Notes: generated by a model not told the origin, from the letters alone. A DNA stretch of 64,000 nt from Vicugna vicugna (GCA_013265495.1 MU058037.1:1365498-1429497); one strand, 5' to 3'; positions 1-12,220 are shown, counted from the stretch's first letter. Numbers and translations are program-made.

Positions 1-49
1 TTAAAAGAAGTTGGAAACTATTACCATAAACTATTGAAATGTCCTTAAA

Positions 50-246
50 TTCCAACATTTTGGTTTCCAAGTTATGTCTCTCTCACTGTCTTTCACACCT
101 GAAAGAAGTGCAAAAATCTTTTGTCAAAGCCATGTGTCTATGTTTTTAATTTGGGCAACATGGTAGCCATAACCATATGCCATGAAAGCAAAGTGTCTAG
201 GAAAGTCCCAGATATTTGCACACCTAACATAGATGTTCCATTTTGC
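50..246. repeat. Left arm of a diverged ~200-bp inverted repeat (partner at ~1328-1518)
   Basis: 150-239 aligns without gaps to the reverse complement of 1335-1424 with 78/90 matches by hand count; similarity continues leftwards with indels. Confidence 0.9.
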
Positions 247-289
247 TGTGTGTGTGTTTTTTTTTTCCAGCTAGTGGGATAGGGGGAGG

Positions 290-450
290 ATTCAGCCTCT
301 GGGGTCTAAATGTCTAGATCTGAGTCTTAACTAATTTCTAGCTGTGTGATCTTATACAAGTGATAACTTCTCAGAGCATTCCTGTCCTCATCTGAAAACA
401 GGGATAATAAGGTCTAATTTATACAATAACTTGTTAAATGCTAATGGGCC
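290..450. mobile_element. MIR SINE fragment
   Basis: MIR core-like text: tagctgtgtgatcttatacaagtgataacttctcagagc...ctcatctgaaaacagggataataa. Boundaries approximate. Confidence 0.7.
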
Positions 451-484
451 ATATACAAGATACTCATTGAAAGAGCTGACTTCT

Positions 485-975
485 GCAGTGCTGTCCAGTT
501 CACCATCCATTAGCCACATGTAGCTATTGAGCATTTGAAGTATGACTACTGTCATTACGGAACTGAATTTTATTTTATTTGAATTAAAATTTAAAAACTG
601 ATACTTAATTCAGTTATTGGTAAACTTTATAGTATATCTGGAAAAATTTGGGTATGAGAATTTGGAACACCTTTGAGTATGGAACAGCTATAAATGTTAT
701 GAAATCCAAAGAGAGGTCAAGTATTTCTGATGAAAATTTAGTGTCTGAATTATGATGTGCTCTGACTATAAAACACACTGGATTTGGAAGACATTATGAA
801 AAAGAGAATGTAAAATTACAATACTTTTTAATATTTACTACATGTTGAAGTAAAAATATTTTATTGGATTAAATATATTATTAAAATTAATTTCACTCAG
901 TTCTTTTTATTTTTTAATGTGAATACTAAGGAATTTAAAATTACAAAAATGGTTTACATCATATTTCTATTAATC
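485..975. mobile_element. hAT-Charlie DNA transposon remnant (Charlie1/MER33/MER3-like)
   Basis: Starts cagtgctgtcca; contains tagccacatgtagctattgagcatttgaa and tttctgatgaaaatttagtgtctgaatt, typical of this family. Confidence 0.7.
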
Positions 976-1327
976 ATCTACATGTGAAGTAGGTAAATTA
1001 TATCACATACTTTTAACTTTGGTGAGACCGACTCCTTTAGATAATTTTATCTGCTTAAGCTATTATAATATATTTTTCTTAAACAATTGAGCATTTATAG
1101 AATACGTAGAATTTTGGCCTAAAAGTTAGCTGACAGAGGTTATGAGAGCTCTTTTCACTATCGGTGGGAATGCAAGTTGATGTAATCCTCACCAGATGAT
1201 CATTCATTTATTTATTCATTTATTCAAGAAGTAGTTTTTGAGTTTCTACTTTGTTTCAGATGCTATACTGTATCTGCAGACACAGAGGTAAGCAGGTATG
1301 AGATGCCTGCCCTTGTAGACATTATTG

Positions 1328-1518
1328 GCTATAGGGAACAGCTGTGTCAAGTGTGCAACTATCTGGGACTTTACTGAACATTTTGCTTTCATGGCATGTG
1401 GCTATGGCTACCATGTTTCCCAAAGTAAAATATGTTCTTGACAAAAAGGCTTTTACATTTCTTTCAGACACAAAGAAAGTGAGGGAGATGGAGATTGGAA
1501 GCCAAAATATTAGAACTA
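1328..1518. repeat. Right arm of the diverged inverted repeat (partner at ~50-246)
   Basis: Reverse complement reads tttgggaaacatggtagccatagccacatgccatgaaagcaaaatg...gtcccagatagttgcacac, matching 150-239. Confidence 0.9.
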
Positions 1519-1639
1519 TTTGAAAAGTCAATCATTTGAAAAAAATAATTACAAGAATGATCATTTAGTGATACTTGTGGTAGGTTCTACAAAGTAAAAA
1601 ATGCCCTTTATGAAACTCTTTTAAAATAAACATGTCATT

Positions 1640-2075
1640 TGTACAGAAACTCCCCTCAGGAATTTATCCTTGAGAAATAAATAATCATGGTTGTGCCCAG
1701 ATGTATGTACAAGAATGTTCCCTGAAGTGTGAAAATAGCAAAAATATCTAGAAACAACCCAATGGTCAACCATTTGAGATTGACTATCTAAATTAACCAT
1801 TTGATGGAATATTATGCAGCCACTAAAAATCATATTGAGAAAGACATTGAATGACTTTAAAATGTGATCCCCAAAACAGTACATATACTATGATTCTGAG
1901 TAAGTAAAACATACAAATGCATTTAAAAAGTACAGGAGTGAATTTCACCAATATGTTAATAGTGTTTATTTCTCTGGCAGGGCTATGAGTGATTTTTCTT
2001 TCTTCTTTGGCCTTTATGAAATTTCTTTCTTTTATGAGGAACATGTAATAGTTTACTATTCAGAAAAATAGATAA
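1640..2075 (+). mobile_element. Old L1 (L1M-type) 3' fragment
   Basis: Decayed L1 ORF2-end/3'UTR motifs: aggaatttatcct, ctagaaacaacccaatg, atggaatattatgcagccactaaaaa. Confidence 0.65.
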
Positions 2076-3059
2076 ATATACATTTTTTTTTAAAGTGAGC
2101 TGACTGAATTATGCTGTATGTATCATTTCATAATTGTATTTAATTGGGACACAAGACAGGAAATGGAAGATGGGAATGTTAGTCCTACAGGATTTAATAG
2201 TTAATTTTTAAAAGCTAGGCCATATTTATTCTATATTCATGGCTTATTTGAAACAATTAACATAAAGCAAAAAGAAATTGAAGATAAATGAAAAGACAGC
2301 AGCTCAGCAACCTGAGTGGAACAGGAAATGATTGTTTCTTCTGTGCTTGGGTTTGCCCTCATAAACCAAATTTCTCTGCACAATTTACTTTCTCAAGAGC
2401 CACATTTTATAAATTTAGGTGCTTCTTAAATTCATGATAAAGGCTTTTAATCAAAGCTGGCTTTTGTTCTATTTCAGAGATTAAAGGTCCCCTTCAGCAA
2501 AATGGAGATTACTTGGGGATGATAAGTAAGCTACAAAACAAGACATAGTCTCCATTTTTCACTGCCCATCTCGTACCACTTGGCTCAACCTGTTTCTCAG
2601 GACCAGGATTTTGGTTCACCCTCTTTTCTGCATTCCTTGGGCTGCTCCTTCCATTGTGCAAGCAGAAGTCTGCACAGCCTGCCTAGAACAGAGATGTCAC
2701 CACCTCACAATCTCCTAATGCGACTGCCTGGAGGACTTTGTCTTAAGCAATAATCCTTCTTCCTTCCCTCAGATAAAAATACTTGTATTTAAGCAGTGAC
2801 TTAAAGGTTGGTGGTGGTTAAAGAGTGTCAGCGGGGGAAAGAGCGCCAAAGGAATCAGAGAGTGAGCACCAAACCAAACCAACGTTCCTATCTGCTATAT
2901 TATGAGGATGATATACGTTTCTGATTACATGTTATGCACCCTGGGGTAGAGAGAAAACTATGGTCCACTGGCTGAATAGTTGACACGGTTTTGAGGACAT
3001 GTCCAGTGAGTGGGGACAGGGATCAGTGAGGGAAGTTCATGAGGTCTTGGGCAAACAAT

Positions 3060-3450
3060 AACACACCAATAACAATAACTACCATATTAATTGACTACCT
3101 CCTTTGAGCCAGACACTGACCTAGGTCTTTTAAATAAGTTACTTCATTTGCAAATTGATTCTCAAAACCTTCACAAGGTGGGTTTTATTTTTCTCACTTT
3201 CCCAATGAAGAAAGTGAAGTTCAGAAAGGTTATTGAATGATATTAATACTACTGTGACTACTGCTACTACTGTGACTGCCAGTTAATTTCATTGAGCAAT
3301 TATTATGCACCAGGTACATGACCCATATGTCTTTATCTCATTTAATCCTGGAAACAACCTAATGAAGTAGGCACTAGAACACACACCTAGTAACCTGAGA
3401 TTCATATCCAGGTGTATTTGACTTCAAAGTCCACCTCTTTCCATTGCACT
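3060..3450. mobile_element. Cluster of MIR fragments
   Basis: MIR-like text: atgaagaaagtgaagttcagaaaggtta and tctcatttaatcctggaaacaacctaatgaagtagg. Confidence 0.6.
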
Positions 3451-4100
3451 GTAAAGTGTCAGTTACCACCAATTGTTATTAAAATGGTAATCTAATGATA
3501 CAAATGAAGAATAACTGAAGGAATGAAAGTTAACTTGATTTTTCTTCTAGTTCTAAATTTGCTGTGGATTTCTTTTGGGGGTTGCTAATACCATATGTGC
3601 CACTGATTTTCGTCCTCCTCTTTGAGGAGATGAAATCTGGAAAACTTGCATTTGTTACAATGTTTATTTCTATCCCATTCATTAAAGAACTCTTGGCTCA
3701 CTCAGTGATGATTCTTGGGGCTGATCATCAACCTTTTCCCATCCTGACTCTCCCTGCCAATTCAGTCCTCAACAAACACTGACGGGTGTCATTATTTTCC
3801 TTAAAAGCTTGTCCAAAATCAAAGAGAAAATTACTTTCTGCTCCAAATCAGGACAACAGAGATTATGAATAAGTGTCATCTAGTCTATTGGATTTGTCCC
3901 CAGTGAAGTAATAGGAATTCCCAGACCATCATATGCTCTCTCTTAGGCACATTTGTTCTGTTCATTCCCCTTGCAGATCAAATACTTCTTAAAAAATTAT
4001 TTTTTTTCAAAAACTAGACCACCTTGAGGCCAGCCTCAGCATGGTTATACACTTAAAAGAAAAATCCAGTCTAACTCCAAAGCCTTCAAGAGTATGCAGA

Positions 4101-4283
4101 CTCATATACAACAAGTTTATATTGTATAGCACAGGGAACTATATTCAATATCTTGTAGTAACCTATAATGGAAAAGGATCTGAGAACAAATATATGCAGT
4201 ACATGTATGACTGCAACATTATGCCGTACACCAGAAACTGATACATCGTAAACTGAGTATACTTCAATAAAAAAAGAAAAAAA
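4101..4283 (+). mobile_element. 5'-truncated lineage L1 3'UTR with poly(A)
   Basis: tgtatagcacagggaactatattcaatatcttgt motif shared with the L1 tails near 12430, 17050 and 39070; A-tail; TSD agtatgcaga at 4091-4100 and 4284-4293. Confidence 0.85.
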
Positions 4284-4529
4284 AGTATGCAGATCTTTAT
4301 TCATTTCTCAGCTAGCTTTCCTTTTGCTTCTCCCACCTTTCCCATTCATTTTCAGCCACTCACTCCTAGAAGTACACATTTCTACCCATTCCTCTGATCA
4401 CAATGATACAAATATCAGAGCAGCACAAAGCAGGAGTTGGAGGTTCAGAAGAATCAGGAGTCAGGCTTTGTATATTTATAATTGTTACGTGCCTGTCATG
4501 TTTTGAACAGTGTGTTTGTCCCTTCAAGG

Positions 4530-4707
4530 CAATGGTTCTCAACCCACTGCACATCTGAATCCCACGGGGAATTTTTATAAAATACCAAATGCCCCCAAAC
4601 CCACCCAGAGCAGTTAAATAGGAATTGCTGCCTGGGCCCTGGGTACTGACTGTTTGTTTTTTGATCTCCTCAGGTGATTTAATGTACAGCCAGTGTTAAA
4701 ACCTCTG
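4530..4707. mobile_element. MER5-family hAT element
   Basis: Termini caatggttctcaac...gttaaaacctctg; 8-bp TSD cttcaagg / ctttaagg. Confidence 0.75.
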
Positions 4708-4879
4708 CTTTAAGGGATCTATGGTTGGATTCTTCCATTTCATCTCTTCCAAGATTTAGCAAGTTTCCTTTTTGTCTTTTCTGCCTGTAATTCTTTTATT
4801 TTTCATATTCACTTTCCAACCTTTCACTATTCCATTCTCATTTATTCCCTCACACCTATTTGCTTTCTAATTAGCATAT

Positions 4880-5265
4880 GGGACAAGGATACAAGTTGTT
4901 TCTTTGGGAGGTGAGCCTAGGAGATTCCAGCTGGGGAGTGGGGAAGAAAGACAGGGCAGGGAAGTCAGCCAATAAAGGATGCGTTGTCCAGGGTGCCCAC
5001 TCTGGGCAACTAGAGCTTAATCTAGTTGGGAAGGTAAAGCACATACCTGAGAGTTAGCCCATCTAGGGAGGAAGGGAGCTAGACTATTTATCTACAAATT
5101 CCTGCCAGTCTTCGGTTGAGGAAAGTTCCCAAGGGCTTTTCATTCTTTGCCACTTATAGCCTACAGGCAGAGTGGGCTAGAGCAACCAGAGGAGGCCCTG
5201 AAGCAAAGGGCTACCCGTGCTGACAGTTGGAAGTCTGGCCGGTACACAGCAGAGTGAAGCTACAC
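4880..5265 (-). mobile_element. LTR16-like (ERVL) LTR remnant
   Basis: gacaaggatacaagttgtttctttgggaggtga...ctgggcaactagagct is similar to the copy at 24310-24822. Confidence 0.55.
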
Positions 5266-5580
5266 CGGGCTCTTTCTCTCAACCACTGGTAAACAGGTTC
5301 GGGTTCAGCACCGTTACACTTCTTGATTGTCTGCATCTACTCTGTTCTCCCTTGGCTTTCTTCTATTTTTCTCATTATCTCACTTCACACCATGACATCT
5401 CATACTTCCTCTTTCCTCCTATTTCCTTTTTCCTCTCTCCTTTGATGTTTAAGCCTATGATCCTCTCCTTCCTCAGCATGATGCACGGTGGTTAGGGTTA
5501 CTGTAAGGAGTAAAGGACGGAGCACGATCCACACTGCTGCCAGATCTAAACACTGATGTGTTTCCAAAACACATACTTGA

Positions 5581-6105
5581 GCTCAGAGCTCACTGTGCTG
5601 TGCCTCGCTCCTCTCTGACATGGCAAAAACATCCACCCCTACAGAGACTGAGTGGGGCATTGAATCTCTGATTGCTATTTTCCAAAGGTATGCAGGAAGG
5701 GACGGTAACAACCGCAAACTCTCCAAGACTGAGTTCCTAACCTTCATGAATGCAGAACTGGCTGCCTTCATGAAGAACCAGAAGGACCCTGGTGTCCTGG
5801 ACCACATGATGAAGAAACTGGACCTCAACAGTGATGGCCAGCTAGATTTCCAGGAATTTCTTAATCTTACTGGTGGCTTGGCCGTAGCTTGCCATGACTC
5901 TTTTATTAAGTTTACCCATTTCCAGAAGTAAATCTGAGGACCCTTTGGGCCTGACCTCCAGACTCACCCCCTTTCCTTCCAGGCTCCCAATTATCCACTC
6001 CTCACAGCCCACACATACCCTGAGCCCAGTGCAACCACATCCCATGCAGGCCACTCCTGCTTGTAATAATAAAACAGTATTATTTTTAACCCCCCCAAAA
6101 ACCCC
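5581..6105 (+). pseudogene. S100A11: Processed retrocopy of S100A11 (5'UTR, intronless CDS, 3'UTR, poly(A) signal, decayed tail)
   Basis: No introns in the CDS; AATAAA at 6068-6073; A/C-rich tail 6088-6105; TSD cacata(c/t)ttga at 5570-5580 and 6106-6116. Confidence 0.93.
5620..5931 (+). CDS. S100A11: Open 103-aa S100A11-like (calgizzarin) reading frame of the retrocopy; expression unknown
   Basis: Recognisable S100A11 sequence PTETE..IESLIAIFQ...KNQKDPGVLD.MMKKLD; canonical EF-hand loop DLNSDGQLDFQE; strong Kozak gacATGG; no stop or frameshift. Confidence 0.6.
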   Translation: MAKTSTPTETEWGIESLIAIFQRYAGRDGNNRKLSKTEFLTFMNAELAAFMKNQKDPGVLDHMMKKLDLNSDGQLDFQEFLNLTGGLAVACHDSFIKFTHFQK

Positions 6106-7619
6106 CACATATTTGATGACATCATCTTCCCAACTCTGTCCTCAAGATGTAGCCTTTCTTCCTTTCATGCCTTTACCAGATTTTGCATGTGGCTAACTCA
6201 TTCTTTACTACCTAGCTTGAGTATCACTTCCTCTGTAAAGCCACCTTGAAAAGCCAAATTAATCCCCTCTTCCTCAGTGCTATCATAATGCTGTGTGCAA
6301 ACATTGGCGACAGAAATGTGCTCGTCACAAGTTATCCTAAGTATTTATTTACATGCTTGTTCCCTCACACAGAACATGAATTTTGGGAAGACAGAAGTTA
6401 TTTCTCTTTGTATTCCTTTCTCAAGTGGAGTGTTCCACAAAAGGATGTATTCCAAAAATGTTTGTAGGATTATTCCAAATTCATATTGAATTGCAGTTGG
6501 TTTTGGAATATGAACAGTGTTTTACAGGTGTGCTAACAAACAAATCAGAGAAGCTTTAATCAGAAATGAGTTTTGGGAATTGTCCTGATACTGGAAGGGT
6601 GACAATAACGTTAGGAAGGTACTGAGATTTGAGGAAATACAATTATAATATGATAATATAATAGTCAAACTATACCTTGGAGGACAAATAATGAGAACAT
6701 TCATTATGTTAGAACCATTGTCATAGTCAACTCTTATTTGTATGATAAACATAGAATATCAATCGATCAAAGGTACAGGAGTTATAATAGCTTTCCAGAG
6801 CACAACAAAGTAGAGGTGGTAGAGAGAGGTATTAGGGAGTCTTTGACTGAAAGAATGTTGTAAGGAAAACCCTAGAGAAGAATTTGAGTCAGATTCTCCA
6901 CTGAAATGGAGCTATTTTCATTTCAGTCCTATCCTATAATTTTGCTTCTGGAATGTAACCTCCTTGATTTAATCATCAGCTCATTAGTAATTTAATATAA
7001 TATTTTCCTCCCTGAGATGTCATTTTGTTTGCATTGGGATCTATTTTTATACATTTTATTTTCAACATTCTTGATTCAGGAGGTGGAAGTTGGAGGGGTA
7101 GGGGTGGGGGTTCTGAGAGGGAAAGCCCTATGTTGGCAAATGGTTTGGAGGCAGACTAAGTAAAATCTAAGGATGTCCTAGAAGACATGCAATTTATGAG
7201 TTAGGGAACCTTGTATAAGGAGTGGATAAAACATTATTTCTGCCTTTGTTCTCATTGAATTTATTAGCTACCTTAACTGTCCTCACTTTAGATTCAATAA
7301 ATTCCTTTACTATTTTTGTTACTTATTTATTTTTAATTTTGACAAAATTTTAGACATATAGCAAAGTACAGAGACCAATACAACAAATATCTTTGTATCC
7401 ATAAGCTATAATTGCTAATGATTAACATCTTGTCAAATTTGTTTTACACAGAAGTAGGCATTATAGATAAACTTGAAATCTCTTTCCCTATTTTTTCCTC
7501 CTCCTCCTATTTTCATGCATTTTATATGTATCTTCTCATTCAATTTTTATATTAATATATTTAGGTGGTTTACTTCTCAAATTTTTAATTAGTTTTGTTT
7601 TCTGAAAATTCTATATCTC

Positions 7620-7945
7620 AGCTGGAGTGTCTTCCTCCCAGCTTCTCCACTTAGAAAACTCCTACTCAACCGTTAGGACCCAATTCAAAAAAATTATTAT
7701 CTCTTTGAAGTTTCACCTTAATCCCTTAAATGGATTAATGATGAGTTCCTCAGTACTTCTACAGCATTCAGTTACTGCCTCTATTGTACTACCAGTCTGG
7801 TAAGGCTTATTTGTCTTCCTTACTATGAGAAAGACCCTCAGGGATCAAAACACTTCTTATTTATTGTTGCATTCCCAGGTCTAGTTCACTGCCCATTAGA
7901 GAAAACGGTCTCAGTAAATATTTGTTGAAATAATTAATTGAAGTT
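7620..7945 (+). mobile_element. L2 3' fragment
   Basis: Ends in the L2 tail ctcagtaaatatttgttgaaataattaattgaa. Confidence 0.6.
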
Positions 7946-8925
7946 TAGAACATCTGAGCAGTTAAAGATTAAATAAAAAATGCTTTTGCTAGAGGAAGAG
8001 AGACCTTATGGAGTGGAAAGAAAGAACTTGGTGTATTAGGTGGTCTTCAAGGATTGGGATTTTTTTGACTTGAGTTTCATTTGAGAATTAAATACGTTTA
8101 CACAAAAATTAATGAAGAAAACTAACCCAAGTTTGCTAAAGTTTACATTACCAAAATTTGAAATTTACTAAGCCTATTTCCTCCATGATAAAATGGAAAT
8201 GTGAAGCTGTTTCATCTAAGCAAGATATGTAAACACAGTAAGAATGAAGAAATTATGAATATTCATGAGGGATTATCACTATATTAATAGAAAAATGAGT
8301 CAGGGCCAAATTTTGTTCAATCTAGGGCATAACTGCTCGCTAACATAAAGTACGAGCTCTAAAGACAACTGTCATTAAAATTTCCATGAAAGCACATTGC
8401 CCTTCAAAATATTTTAATTAAAAGTACTCAGGAAAACACTTAGAGCAAATTCAAAGTTTTTTCCTCTTTTTTTTTTCTGGTGGGGTGGTCAGGAAGAAAG
8501 CAGGTCAGAGATGAAGGACAACACATCTCACACCAGCCTTAGAAGTGCCAAGTGCAATTAACATCTTGCAAACCACATACTTCACACTGTGTTGGCAAGT
8601 GATTTTCTACTGCTGAACTTTCATATTTCAAATTTGTGGGGAGTTTAGGTGTAAATGTTCCCAAAATTGCTTTAGTTTTACTTTTCAAGGAGATTCTGGG
8701 CATCTGTCTAGTGTCTGACCTTGTTCCCAAGGACTGTGAGATGTCCCTGGACCCTGAAAGAGGCAGGGACCACTAGGGCTTCCTGGGAGCCAAGTCATGG
8801 CATTCGACTTCATGGAATGTGGCACAAACTTGTCTTTTTTGTCGTGTGTGGATGTGTGTTTGTATAAGCTACTTAACAGTTTGTAAGACTGGCATGATAC
8901 TTGTATTCTAAATTCAGTCTACACC

Positions 8926-9370
8926 AGGGCTTCTTAAGCTGGAATTCATTCAGCGGGCTTAAGAACTTACATCTTTCTTTTCACTATCCTCTAATTGAAA
9001 TGTACTATTTATTTCAATTATGAATATAGGCAATGAATCACAGCAATATTAGGCAATGATCTGTAACTTTATCTCAGATATTTTCCAAGGACATTATAAT
9101 TGTTGCAATTGTTACAATATTATTTATGCTCATCACTTGGAAATTATGATAGTTAATGGAATTACCCCTAGACCTTAGTTTTTAATGCAGTTAATAAACA
9201 AACACATATATTAAAGATTTATTTAAAATATTTTGACACTTATATTTCAATAAAATTGCCTAGCTTTATAGTACTTTGATTTTATTTTATGCATTAAAAA
9301 CATTTTGAGAAGGGGCCCAGAGGCTTTACTAGATGAAAAGGGGTCCATGGCACAAATTTAAAAATCCTTG
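8926..9370. mobile_element. hAT-Charlie-type DNA transposon remnant
   Basis: Termini cagggcttcttaag... and ...ggtccatggcacaaatttaaaaatccttg around an AT-rich interior; subfamily not assigned. Confidence 0.55.
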
Positions 9371-9974
9371 GTCTATTGAAGGATTCAGCTTCCTCAACTG
9401 AAACTGTGGATGCAGCTGTGGTGTAGACACCAGTGTTTTCAAAACTTGTAAAGTCACTGAGGCCCATCTTCAGATAATAGCTCCCATGAAAGGCCAACAC
9501 ACACAACAAATCAAAGCATCGTAGCCCTGTCTGAAGGTGGGACCATTAGCCCAAAGCCCCACCTTCATGGTCTTTCATTCTGAAGTTTGCCTTGGGCAAT
9601 GTCAGAAAATGGAAGTCCATGATTGACTGGGCCTGTAGCCTCAGTAGAGTCAGAAAGGACAGTAGAGAACAGAAGTTGGAGAGAAAAATAATGGAGGTTG
9701 AGGTAGGCCACTATAGAAAGCAGAGTAACAAAAGACAGGGGAAAGACAGGGAGGCAAGTTGTCATGCCAGTGGGGAGAAGGCTATCTATGATGTACTGGA
9801 AACAGCTAGCCCTCCTTCCAGTTTTAGTATTAGCTGTAGCAGTCCAGTACTTTTATTATGAGAAAACTGTTTGCTTGCTAGAGTCATAGGAATACACATA
9901 AAAGCTTGGTCTTGCTGCATAAGAGCAGACTTAGAAAAAATGGGGGATATTCTCAGACCCACAGAGGGGTTGGT

Positions 9975-10180
9975 GTGTGGACTGTTCAGTCTGGCTCCTA
10001 AGCATCACTCCTGCTCCACCAATGACTAGCTCTGTGACACTGGGCAGTTAACTGAATTTCTTGGTGTCTCAGTTTCTGCATTTATAAAATGGGGAAAATA
10101 CTAGCACTACTTACCTTATAAGATTGTGCAGTGGAATGACTGACATCACTAAAGCACTTATCACACTCAATATAGAAAAC
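9975..10180. mobile_element. MIR SINE
   Basis: actagctctgtgacactgggcagtta...tctcagtttctgcatttataaaatgggg. Confidence 0.75.
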
Positions 10181-10407
10181 ATTATGTTTAGTCATATTAC
10201 ATGTACATTCTTTTACACTTGACTCATGACTAATGGATTTGATCATAGCCAAAGTCTCAAAACCTTTTTATCTCACAAAGTTGCCTATTATACTTTTGTT
10301 AGGATTATTATATTACTTTAATTTTATGTTTTAATAGACAATTTGAATAATTCATATTTAAGATTTTTTGGCTTAGTGGCACAAAACTCTTCAAGAATAG
10401 AGATTTG

Positions 10408-12220
10408 ATGTGGATGACATGATACTGTATATAGAAAAGCTCCACACAGAAACTACTTAGAGCTGATAAAAGAATTCAGCAAGGTAGCAGGATACAAGAT
10501 TGACATACATAAATCAGTTGCATTTCTTTACACTAACAATCAACTAGCAGGAAAGTAAAGTAAAGAAACAATCCCTTTTAAAATCACATCCAAAACAATA
10601 AAATACTTGGAATAAATCTGACCAAGGAACTGAAAGACTTATACATGGAGAACTACAAAACACTGACTAAAGAAATTAAAGATGACTTAAAGAAATGGAA
10701 AGATATCCCATGCTCTTGGATTAGAAGAATCAATACTGTTAAAATGGCCATACTACCCAAGGCAAAGTACAGATTTAATGCAATCCCTATCAAATTACTC
10801 AGGACATTTTTCACAGAACTATAACAAATAATCTTAAAACTTATATGGAATCACAAAAGACCCAGAATTGCCAAAGCAATACTGAAGAAAAAGAATGAAG
10901 CTGGATGAATAACCCTTCAGATGATACTACAGAGCTGCAGTAATCAAAACAGCATGGTTTTGGCACAAAAACAGACATATGGATCAATGGAACAGAACAG
11001 AGAGCCCAGAAATGAACCCACAAACTTTTGGTCAATTAATTTTTGACAAAGGAGGCAAGAATATACAATGGAATAAAGACAGTCTCTTCAGCAAATGGTG
11101 TTGGGAAAACTGGACAGCAGCATGTAAATCAATGAAGCTAGAACACTCCCTTACACTACACACAAAAATAAGCTCAAAATGGATCAAAGACTTAAACATA
11201 AGACAAGATAAAAAACCTCCTAGAAGGAAACATAGGCAAAACATTATCTCACATATATCTCAGCAATGCTCTCCTAGGGCAGTCTACCAAACCAACAGAA
11301 ATAAAAGCAAGAAAAAACAAATGGGACCTAATTAAACTTCCAAGCTTTTGCACAGCAAAGGAAACCATAAGCAAATCAAAACAACCACCTACGGAATGGG
11401 AGGAAAATTTTTGCAAAAGATGAAACTGACTGACAAAGGCTTGATCTTCAGAATATATAAGCAGCTCATATGACTTAATAAGAAAAAAACAGTATGCTCA
11501 TGTATAACTGAAAAAGCGTGCTCTACAATGGAATTTGACACAACATTGTAAAATGACTATAACTCAATAAAAAAGGTTTAAAAAAATCAAAAAAAAAAAA
11601 AAAAAAACCAAATAACCCAATCCAAAATGGGCAGAAGACCTAAAAAAGAAATTCTCCAAGGAAGACATACAAATGATCAATAGACACATGAAAAAATGCT
11701 CAATATCACTAATTATTAGAGAAATGCAAATCAAAACTACAATGAGGTATCACCTCACACCAGTCAGAATGGCCATCATTCAAATGACAAATGCTGGAGA
11801 GGCTGTGGAGAAAGGGGAACCCTCCTACACTGCAGGTGGGAATGCAGTTTGGTGCAGCTGTTATGGAAAACAGTGTGGAGATTCCTCAAAAGACTAGGAA
11901 TAGACTTACCATATGACCCAGCAATCCCACTTCTGGGCATATATCTGGAGGGAACTCTGATTCAAAAAGATGCCTACACCCCAATATTCATAGCAGCACT
12001 ATTTATAATAGTTAAGACATGGAAGCAACCTAAATGTCCACTGACAGATGACTAGATAAAGAAGATGTAGTATATTTATACAATGGAATACTACTCAGCC
12101 ATAAAAAGAATAAAATAATGCCATTTGCAGAAACATGGATGGACCTGGAGATTGTCATTCTAAGTGAAGTAAGCCAGAAAGAGAAAGAAAAATACCATAT
12201 ATCTTTCCTACGTAGAATCT

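Noticed and set aside
5583..6196. ORFs overlapping the S100A11 retrocopy in other frames or antisense (81, 88 and 100 aa)
   Set aside because: Shadow frames of the retrocopy CDS and UTR; no independent homology.
10979..12055. ORFs of 118, 74 and 68 aa as host genes
   Set aside because: Frameshifted pieces of L1 ORF2 inside a truncated, TSD-flanked element.
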